Shown here in pieces: positions 56,912 to 64,000 of a stretch of DNA of 64,000 bases. Source of the DNA: Thermoplasmata archaeon (lineage in GTDB: Archaea; Thermoplasmatota; Thermoplasmata; Lutacidiplasmatales; UBA184); the NCBI GenBank assembly GCA_021802125.1, contig JAKAAX010000004.1:4560-68559 (forward strand), read 5' to 3'. Positions within the stretch are counted from its first letter, which is position 1; each line of letters starts with the position of its first letter. Made by a program: the position numbers and the translations under genes. Below the pieces are notes generated by a model, which ran no database searches, was not told the origin of the DNA, and saw only the letters and a list, made by a program, of their open reading frames with translations.

Positions 56912-58414
56912 CTAGCCCCAGGTGGCCCAGGGGAAGCCTTTCTCGAAGAGGACCCGCAAGGCCTCGGTCACCGCCGGAGAAGCCCCGGGCTCGGGAAGGA
57001 CGGAGAGCTTCCCCTGCCGGACGACGACCTCCTGTAGGTTCTTTCCGAACCCCATCTGCGGGAGCTCACGCTGCAGCAGCTCCCTCGCGTCGCGAAGTGA
57101 GCGTCGCACGTCGACCTGGAGCTTCCCCTCGGCCGTGAGGTACGGTCCCGCGATGCGGCTCTCCGAGGCGGGGCCCCACTTCTGCAGGAAGTTCCCCACC
57201 TCGTGGGAGCCCGCCGGAGGGCCCGGGTGTCGGGCCAGGGGGCCCAAGGTCCTCCGGTCGATCTCGACGAGGATCGCCGCCTCGCCGTCCGACTTCGCGG
57301 AAGCCGTGGCCAAGACCTCGAAGCCCCACCTCTCCAGGGGGCCCGCCAGGGCCCTCTCGCACTTGCGAAGCTGCGGATAGAGGATGTCGTCGACGAGGTC
57401 GGGGGACGGGAAGGTCAGCACCACGACCTCGGTCCCCCGCTTCCGCGCTTCGGAGAGGAGGTCGTCGAACGACGGGACCTGGCGTTTCGGGGGGAGGAAG
57501 AACTCCCGACGGGGAGCCGCCGTGTACGCCTCCACCGCCATGAGGAAGAGGGCGAGGTTCCGCTTCGAGAGGGCGGAGGCCACGTTGCGGTGGGGGTCCA
57601 CCGGGTCCGGAAGCACGAGGGCGACCTCGGGGACCGTGGCGGGTTCCGGCCCCGGAGGGCAGAGACGTTGGGGCACGTGCCAGCGGGCGGCGTCGGCCAT
57701 GAGCCCCCCGAAGGAGCCGTAGCGCACGATGAGAAGCTCGACCAAGTACCCGGAGAACCCCTCGGTCCGGGTGTCCGCGCCGTAGATCCCCAGCGTCTTC
57801 AGGAAGCGCTTCAGCAATCGGACATCGTCGCGCGTCCTCTCGTTGAGCCTGGGAGAAAGGTAGGCGTGGTGGAAGGGGGTCCGGTCGACGGCGGTCTGGG
57901 GCCGGTCCGAACGCTCGACCTGGAAGCCGGGTACGGCGTCCACCGCGAACCCTTCGTAGATCCCCCGAAGGTACGGATGCTCGGCGTACCGCTTTTCCGG
58001 GGACTGAAGGAACGTCTGCGCGAGCTCGAGCCCCAACGACGCGAGCCGCTCGCGAGGGAGCGAGGGGTCGAAGAGCATGAACAGGTCCATGTCGAGCCGG
58101 CCGCCCGCCGCCGGCGGAAGGTAGGTCTCTCTCGCGGCGCTTCCGGCGACCAGGGCTCGCTTGAGAGGGATGCCCCGGGCGGAGGCCTCCGACTGGGCGC
58201 GGGAGACGATGCTCTCCCGAGCGCGCGCCAACCTGGCGAGCTCCTCAGGGTCCGGACGCAGCCGGAGCGCGACCTCCTCTTCGAGCGGGGTCAGGGGCAC
58301 CGGCGCCTTGGGGGGGTCCCCCCCCTCGGCCGTAGGGCTCCTCGACGCCGGGGGACCTCGCGACACCCGTCGGGCATCTCCGTGCCCCTTCTTGAGCCCT
58401 CCCCCGTCCTTCAC
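56912..58414 (-). CDS. cca: CCA-adding enzyme (class I, archaeal); start uncertain
   Basis: VAGSAARETYL, DMDLF, RYAEHPY, DAVP, AVDRTPFH, VRLLKRFLK..GIYGAD...GFSGYLVELLI, DPVDPHRNVA. Confidence 0.95.
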   Translation of the reverse strand: MKDGGGLKKGHGDARRVSRGPPASRSPTAEGGDPPKAPVPLTPLEEEVALRLRPDPEELARLARARESIVSRAQSEASARGIPLKRALVAGSAARETYLPPAAGGRLDMDLFMLFDPSLPRERLASLGLELAQTFLQSPEKRYAEHPYLRGIYEGFAVDAVPGFQVERSDRPQTAVDRTPFHHAYLSPRLNERTRDDVRLLKRFLKTLGIYGADTRTEGFSGYLVELLIVRYGSFGGLMADAARWHVPQRLCPPGPEPATVPEVALVLPDPVDPHRNVASALSKRNLALFLMAVEAYTAAPRREFFLPPKRQVPSFDDLLSEARKRGTEVVVLTFPSPDLVDDILYPQLRKCERALAGPLERWGFEVLATASAKSDGEAAILVEIDRRTLGPLARHPGPPAGSHEVGNFLQKWGPASESRIAGPYLTAEGKLQVDVRRSLRDARELLQRELPQMGFGKNLQEVVVRQGKLSVLPEPGASPAVTEALRVLFEKGFPWATWG

Positions 58415-58451
58415 CGAGACATTATCCCTCGCGGGCCGGTCTATCGATAGA

Positions 58452-59534
58452 ATGGCGAGCGGTGCGACGTCCGCAGCGCCCGGGCACGCAGGCCTCCTCT
58501 ACGAAGCGCTGCCCAGCGGGAAGGTGCGGTGCACCGCGTGCGCGCGCTACTGCGTGATTCCCGAGGGCTCCCACGGTTTCTGCTTCGTCCGGGCGAACCA
58601 CGGGGGGAAGCTCGAGCTCCTCACCTACGGGAGGGTGGCGGCGGTCCAGGTCGACCCGGTCGAGAAGAAACCGCTCTCCCACTACCGGCCCGGCACCCGG
58701 GTCTTCGGCATCGGCACCCAGGGATGCAACTGGCGCTGCCAGTACTGCCAGAACTTCGAGATCAGCCAGGACCCTCGCGTATCCGGCCGCGACCTCTCAC
58801 CGCAGGAGGCCGCCTCCTGGGCGGTCCGAAAGGGGTGCCAGGGGATCACCTTCACCTACAACGAGCCTACGATCTTCATCGAGTACGCCTCCGACGTGAT
58901 CGACGAGGCGCACCGTCGCGGCCTCTACGCGAACTTCGTCACGAACGGCTACATGACCCCCGAGTCCGTCGAACTTCTCCGGGGAAGGCTAGACGCCGTC
59001 TCGGTCGATTTCAAGGGCAGCGGCGAGCCCTCGTTCATGCGGAAGTACATCCAGGCGAAGGGACCGGACCCGATCTTCGAGTCCCTCGAGGGCCTCGCCA
59101 AGAACGGGACCCATGTCGAGGTCACGAACCTGATCGTCCCCCAGGTGGGGGACGACACCGAGGCGCTCCGCCGGCTGGCCTCCTGGGTCCGCGACCACCT
59201 GGGGGCGGAGACCCCGTTCCACCTGCTGCGCTGGCACCCCGATTACAAGATGCGGGACCTGCCCGAGACGCCGGTCCGGACCCTCGAGCGGCTTCACTCT
59301 GTCGCCAAGGCCGAGGGGCTGGACTACGTCTACCTGGGCAACGTCTGGGGCCACCCCCTGGAGCACACGTACTGCCCGAAGTGCGGAGCGATCGCGGTCG
59401 ACCGCTACGGGTTCTACATCCGAGCTTGGAACCTGGACCAAGAGAACCGCTGCCGGGAGTGCAAGCACCCCATCCCGATCGTCGGCACGCTTCCGAAGGA
59501 GTACGAGCCCACCTTCGTCACTCCCCTCATGTGA
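58452..59534 (+). CDS. amrS: AmmeMemoRadiSam-type radical SAM enzyme (PFL-activating-like)
   Basis: CTACARYC, GFCFVR.N, DPVEKKPL.H..PG, GCNWRCQYCQN, TYNEP, TYCPKC. Confidence 0.92.
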   Translation: MASGATSAAPGHAGLLYEALPSGKVRCTACARYCVIPEGSHGFCFVRANHGGKLELLTYGRVAAVQVDPVEKKPLSHYRPGTRVFGIGTQGCNWRCQYCQNFEISQDPRVSGRDLSPQEAASWAVRKGCQGITFTYNEPTIFIEYASDVIDEAHRRGLYANFVTNGYMTPESVELLRGRLDAVSVDFKGSGEPSFMRKYIQAKGPDPIFESLEGLAKNGTHVEVTNLIVPQVGDDTEALRRLASWVRDHLGAETPFHLLRWHPDYKMRDLPETPVRTLERLHSVAKAEGLDYVYLGNVWGHPLEHTYCPKCGAIAVDRYGFYIRAWNLDQENRCRECKHPIPIVGTLPKEYEPTFVTPLM

Positions 59535-59567
59535 CCCGACCCCTGCGGCGGGGCTCTCGAGGCGGCC

Positions 59568-60674
59568 CTACTTGGTGCCCCAGACCAGGACATGGATCGG
59601 GGCGAGCTCGGAGGAGCTCACCTCGCGCATGCCGTTCCGCCGGAGGAAGTTCATGAACTGGGCCGAGGGGAGCAGCTGGTCGTCGAGGATCGCCTCGACG
59701 TACTGGACCCCGGCCATGACCTTTCCCGCTGGGGTCCGGAGCTTCTCGATCTCGCCCCACTCCGGGAACGGGAACTCGCTGATGAGGAACGCACCCTTCG
59801 GACGTAGGGCCCGGACGACCTGCCGGACCACCTCCTCCTTGTCCTGGACCTCGTGGAGGGCGATGTTCATCAGGACGATGTCGGCCGCGGGAACCGGGTC
59901 CTTGCCCAGAATGCCGTGCGAGATGGTGACCCGGTCGCCCAGGCCCGCCGCCGCGACCGCGGCTTTCGCCACCTCGACGCTCCTTTCGTCGCCCTCGACC
60001 CCATGGACCTTGAGGTTCGGGAAGGCCTTCGCCAGGCGCACCAGCCCGTCCCCTCGGCCGCAGGCGAGCTCGACCAGGGTGAGCGGGGTCGGGCCGTTCA
60101 GCCGCTCGATCAGGCCGGGGACCTGCGCGAAGCCCTTCCGCAGAAGCCGGGTGTAGAACGTGCGGGAGCTGTCGGCCTGGGACGCGGGAAGGTCCTTCGA
60201 GAACTGGTCCCACCAGGAGCGTTCGCCGTCGGCCACGTGCTGGTCGAGGAACGTCCAGGCCTCGCGCAGGGCGCCAAGGAACCGGACGGTGCCCGCGAAG
60301 TAGACCGGGCTTCCCGGCTCCAGAAGGGGGGCCTTCAGGCCCTCGGCGAGGAAGAACCGCCCCTCCTTGAATTCCACGAGCTCCGCGCTGTAGGCCGCGT
60401 TGCACCACACGGTCACGTAGAGCCGGTCCAGGTCGAGCTCCCGGGCCAGGAACTCCGCTGACAGCCCCTCCGGGTGTCGCGAGAGGCACTCGAAGAGCCC
60501 GTGTCGGACCCCCAGGTCCAGGGTCCAGGTCGCAAAGAACCCGGCCGCGAAGTCCTGGAGGCGGCCGATCTGTCGGCTAGTGGCCTCCTTCTCCTGAGGG
60601 GAGGGCCCGCTGGAAGCCGGTGAAGAGGGTGGAGGAGCCGCGTTCGGGACTTCGGGGGCGGGTGGGGTGGTCAT
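59568..60674 (-). CDS. Class I SAM-dependent methyltransferase with N-terminal winged helix
   Basis: LGVRHGLFE.L, LVELACGRG, HGVE, ALHEV, ALRPKG.FLISE. Confidence 0.85.
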   Translation of the reverse strand: MTTPPAPEVPNAAPPPSSPASSGPSPQEKEATSRQIGRLQDFAAGFFATWTLDLGVRHGLFECLSRHPEGLSAEFLARELDLDRLYVTVWCNAAYSAELVEFKEGRFFLAEGLKAPLLEPGSPVYFAGTVRFLGALREAWTFLDQHVADGERSWWDQFSKDLPASQADSSRTFYTRLLRKGFAQVPGLIERLNGPTPLTLVELACGRGDGLVRLAKAFPNLKVHGVEGDERSVEVAKAAVAAAGLGDRVTISHGILGKDPVPAADIVLMNIALHEVQDKEEVVRQVVRALRPKGAFLISEFPFPEWGEIEKLRTPAGKVMAGVQYVEAILDDQLLPSAQFMNFLRRNGMREVSSSELAPIHVLVWGTK

Positions 60675-61036
60675 CCCGGGGCCGAGCCGAACGCCCCTAT
60701 AAGGGGCGCACGAAGGGCGTCCCGGGCCCAACTACCCCCTCACTCCCTCTGTCCTCTCCCGGGTCGGCCTCCTTCTCTCCGTCTCTTTCCCCATAGACCC
60801 CGTCCGTTGCCCTCTCGGCTCAGAGATGCGACGTGGCTGGGAAACTGGGGACCGGTCTCTCCGCGACATCCTGGACCGGCGCCGAACACCCGTCGATCCG
60901 GTGAACGCTGGCACCACGACATAGGAACGAGCTTCCCGACATGTCGGGGGAAAAGCCACGAGCTATCCTTTAGCACGGCGGGGGACGCCACCCGGGACCA
61001 CACTTATATTGCCACGGCGACCATAGTCACTTCAGG

Positions 61037-61708
61037 ATGGGGCAGAAGGTCCCCGCGAGCATTTCGGGTGCTCGTAGGGTCTCCCTGAAAGGTCCGCTAC
61101 CGCTCGAAAACGTGGGGCTCAAAACGAACGCCAGGTCCAGGGTTGCCGAGACCCGGGCCGAAGCCCCCCGCCCAAGCGGTAGTACGGCGGCCGTCGACCT
61201 GCCATCGCTCTCGCGGGCGATCCGCCGGGCGGTGGGCCATGACGGCATGCGGCGAGAGGACGCGGACGCGATCGCGGGCCATATCCTGAACTTCTTCGGC
61301 TTCAACGAACGGATCATCGACAACGTTCTGGAGCCTGACGACCGAGACACGTTCTACATGCTCGAGGACTCCGGCATCCTCGAGACCGAGCGCGACGAGA
61401 CCACGCTCTACGACGGCCGGGAGTGGCGGATCCACTACTGGATGTTCCGGAAGGACCGCATCCTCCAGCTGGCCAAGGAGGAGGCCGACGCCTCCCCCGA
61501 AGAGAAGGAGGAGGAGGTCCCGATCGCCCCGCTCCCCCGCGTCAGCGCCCCTACCCCCCTCGTCGTCCCCACCGCAGACTCCTCCGTCTACCACCACCTT
61601 TCCGACGAGGCGTGGGGGAAGCGGGAGGAGGAGGGCGAGGAGGCCGAGTCGCCCCAGCTCTCCCTGCCCAACTCGCGCTTCACGCGCGCACCGCTCTCGC
61701 CGGGTTGA
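61037..61708 (+). CDS. DUF6015-like Thermoplasmata conserved protein
   Basis: ILNFFGFNERIIDNVLEPDDRDTFYMLEDSGILETERDETTLYDGREWRIHYW; SVY..L.DE.W; TTATAT at 61004. Confidence 0.75.
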   Translation: MGQKVPASISGARRVSLKGPLPLENVGLKTNARSRVAETRAEAPRPSGSTAAVDLPSLSRAIRRAVGHDGMRREDADAIAGHILNFFGFNERIIDNVLEPDDRDTFYMLEDSGILETERDETTLYDGREWRIHYWMFRKDRILQLAKEEADASPEEKEEEVPIAPLPRVSAPTPLVVPTADSSVYHHLSDEAWGKREEEGEEAESPQLSLPNSRFTRAPLSPG

Positions 61709-61750
61709 TCTCCGGACATCCTTCGGGCGGGCACCCTCCTTCAGGGTGGC

Positions 61751-62431
61751 TTGAGCGCTCATGTACTGGACCCCCTAGCCTCCTCCGTGCGCAGGTTCCT
61801 CCTCCTGGTCCATCGTGTCCCCGTCGACGGGGAGTTCACCCTCAACGACCTCGCGGGAGCCGGAGGGCGCGTGGACGAGGTGGCCTCCGTGGTGGGCGCG
61901 GCGTTCCTCATCTCCAACGGGCTCCGGCGCGACACCGAACTGACGCTGCTCTTCGCCCACCCTCCCGAAAGGGCCCGCCGGATCCGGATGGTCGGATCCC
62001 GCCTGAAGTTCCTGAATCCAGACGAGCGGTCGACCGCCGCCCTGCTCAAGAACGCGCTCGTGCGGAGCTGGACGCGGCCGGACGTTGAAATGGAGACGAC
62101 CCCCGGGATCTTCGTCGGCCCGGGTCATCCGGAAGAGGACCTGCGCTCGTTCCTGGCGACCCCGTCGACGTACTGGGCCACCGAGGGGGGACGACCCCTC
62201 CGCGGTCTCGAGCTACCCGAGAGCTGCGGGTTCGTGGTCAGCGACCCCTGGGACCCCACCCAAGCCGAGAGGGCGATCCTGACCGGGTCGGGAGTGCCCC
62301 AGGTGGCGCTGGGCCCCCTCTCCTTGAGGGCCTCCCAGTGCGTGATCCTGCTCCAGAACGCGCTCGACCTTCGGGCGAGCCCTTCGCCTTCGAGCCCCAA
62401 CGAGGCCCCGACAGGGGCTAGAACCCCGTAG
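61751..62431 (+). CDS. trmY: tRNA (pseudouridine54-N1)-methyltransferase
   Basis: RRF, FTLNDLAGAGGR.D, FLISNGLRRD, LNPDERS, LGPLSL.ASQC. Confidence 0.9.
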   Translation: MSAHVLDPLASSVRRFLLLVHRVPVDGEFTLNDLAGAGGRVDEVASVVGAAFLISNGLRRDTELTLLFAHPPERARRIRMVGSRLKFLNPDERSTAALLKNALVRSWTRPDVEMETTPGIFVGPGHPEEDLRSFLATPSTYWATEGGRPLRGLELPESCGFVVSDPWDPTQAERAILTGSGVPQVALGPLSLRASQCVILLQNALDLRASPSPSSPNEAPTGARTP

Positions 62432-62462
62432 CGCGCCCAACGGCCGCCCGCTTGCCCGCCTC

Positions 62463-63530
62463 TCAGGTGGTCAGGGCCTTGTCCAGCGTCCGAGGCTCCA
62501 GCCCGCCCACCACAGCGGTGAGCCGGACCCGGTCCCAGCGCTCCGGATGGGTCCGGAACCCGGGAGTGATCTCCGCAGGGTCGTGCAGCTCGCGTCGGAA
62601 GGCCTCCACGATCCGATGGTAGGCCCCGAACGTCAGGTCGCTTCCTCCCTCGACGAAGAGGATGGCCGGTCCCGCTCGGTCCTTCACCTCGAAATCCAGG
62701 AGGCCCTCCCGCAGCGCCTGACGGACCAGACCGTCGGGGTCGCTGGGATGCCCTTCCGCGAAGAGCAGGGTGGAGAGCCCTCCCCCCTCGAGCAGCCGCC
62801 GGACGTGGGCCAGGTCGATGTTCATTTCGGAGGGGTGCCGGACCATGTCGACAAGGCCGGAGACGAGGGCGCGAAGGTAGGAGTTCCGGTAGTGGAACAC
62901 CTGCTTGATCGGAAGCCGGTCGAACTTGCGGAGCCGCTCGTTGGCGAAGGCCAGCAGGGCTCCCCCATTGGCCTGGAGCTCCGACAGGGCCTTCGAGGTG
63001 TTCTCCCGGATCCTCGCGCTCGTGGCGAGCTCCGCGTGGAACGGAAGGAAGACCACGCTGATCGGCAACGCGCCCACCTCGCGGGTCAGCGAGAGGCAAA
63101 GCGGCGCGAGGGCGCTCCCCGTCCCGCCTCCGAGGCCGGCCATGAGGAAGACGATGTCGAAGTCGCGAAGCCGCGCGAGAAGGTCCTCCCGGAACTCCCC
63201 GAGACTGGTGAGGACCGCCTCGCGGTCCCCGCCGCTCCCCCGACCGGAGAGCGCCGCCTGGCCCACCAGGATCCGGCGGTGGGCCCGCGCGTTCAAGAGA
63301 TGGTGGCCATCGGTGTTCACGGCGAGAGTCTCGACCCCGAGCAGCTGCTGGTCGAAGAGGTCCGTGACCGCTTCGGACCCGGCGCCCCCCAGGCCCACGA
63401 CCAACGCCCGCGGCGCGCGGGCCAGTTCCCCCCAGGGATACTCGTGAGGGCCGGAAGCGGGAGGCGCTGCCGGCCGGGGGCTCGCCGTCTCTCCCATCGT
63501 CCCTCCTGGGGCTCCACCCCGCGGTGACAC
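62463..63530 (-). CDS. ftsZ: Divergent FtsZ/tubulin-family GTPase
   Basis: VVGLGGAG, AVNTD, GRGSGG, AGLGGGTGS signature, PF..E, NID T7 loop. Confidence 0.88.
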   Translation of the reverse strand: MSPRGGAPGGTMGETASPRPAAPPASGPHEYPWGELARAPRALVVGLGGAGSEAVTDLFDQQLLGVETLAVNTDGHHLLNARAHRRILVGQAALSGRGSGGDREAVLTSLGEFREDLLARLRDFDIVFLMAGLGGGTGSALAPLCLSLTREVGALPISVVFLPFHAELATSARIRENTSKALSELQANGGALLAFANERLRKFDRLPIKQVFHYRNSYLRALVSGLVDMVRHPSEMNIDLAHVRRLLEGGGLSTLLFAEGHPSDPDGLVRQALREGLLDFEVKDRAGPAILFVEGGSDLTFGAYHRIVEAFRRELHDPAEITPGFRTHPERWDRVRLTAVVGGLEPRTLDKALTT

Positions 63531-63546
63531 TCAGCCAGGACGGAGC

Positions 63547-63957
63547 CTAGCCGCCCTCGGTCACGAGCCCATCCCCTTCAGGAGAGGTGCCTCGGTGCGA
63601 GCTGCTTCCGCCGTGCGCCGAGTGACGGCCGATCTGCTCGAGCTTGCTGCGGACGTACTCCCGCACCGCCGTGCGGATCGCGTCCTCCATGTCGACGTTG
63701 ACCCCCTCGTCGGCGAGCTCTTTCAGCTGAAGGTAGTCATGGTGGGGAAGGCTCACGAGGGTCTTACGCGCACGGGTCGTCGGCAGCTGCACCTGAATGT
63801 ACTCCTCGAGCGCGGCGCGTATCGTGTCCGAGATCGTGGGCTGGCCCAGGTTCTCCTGGATCCGCTTGAGCCCGTCCACCAGTTCCTGGGGGATGCGGAC
63901 CGTCACGCGCTCCGACGTATCCGGCATGGGCGTCTGACACTCGTCCGACAGATACAT
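63547..63957 (-). CDS. Tandem ribbon-helix-helix protein upstream of ftsZ (CdrS-like position); alternative start 63927
   Basis: ERVTVRIP..L...ISDTIRAALEEYI and a second unit TLVSLP..MEDAIRTAVREYV. Confidence 0.8.
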   Translation of the reverse strand: MYLSDECQTPMPDTSERVTVRIPQELVDGLKRIQENLGQPTISDTIRAALEEYIQVQLPTTRARKTLVSLPHHDYLQLKELADEGVNVDMEDAIRTAVREYVRSKLEQIGRHSAHGGSSSHRGTSPEGDGLVTEGG

Positions 63958-64000
63958 GCGGCTCGGGGGAGATAAGCGTATCGGAATTTCGTCCCCTGCC

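Noticed and set aside
58452-59534. Radical SAM enzyme as a possible RiPP maturase
   Set aside because: Matches the widespread AmrS/PFL-activating-like family, and no precursor peptide or cluster context is visible
1-64000. CRISPR arrays, rRNA/tRNA, SRP or RNase P RNA, IS elements, prophage genes
   Set aside because: No regularly spaced repeats, conserved RNA signatures or mobile-element proteins were recognised by eye; a covariance-model scan would be needed to exclude small RNAs

Overview
High-GC archaeal chromosomal DNA, most consistent with an uncultured Thermoplasmata lineage (inferred from TBP, aIF-1A, class I CCA enzyme, Bud32, TrmY, an Orc1/Cdc6-like ATPase, a DUF6015-like protein, DUF929 proteins and 'YDAADGYVLLFGG' propeller surface proteins). 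About 60 densely packed genes encode housekeeping functions, cofactor metabolism (pdxS, larB, nnr, cobT, lipA), a dispersed acyl-CoA/beta-oxidation set with ETF and FixC, and several membrane-anchored surface proteins. I recognised no rRNA, tRNA, CRISPR array, transposase or integrase. The most striking feature is a candidate extracytoplasmic thiol-redox system. Two tandem proteins built as HTH/Myb-like domain + 3 TM + CPYC thioredoxin-fold (DUF929-like) domain lie directly upstream of a VKOR gene. A third CPYC domain is fused to an SRPBCC ligand-binding domain behind an ArsR regulator. Other oddities are a probable CTG start for etfA, a THUMP-less ThiI coupled to a small partner gene, and an FtsZ paralog whose T7-loop catalytic Asp appears replaced by His. 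All family assignments come from motif recognition by eye, not from database searches.
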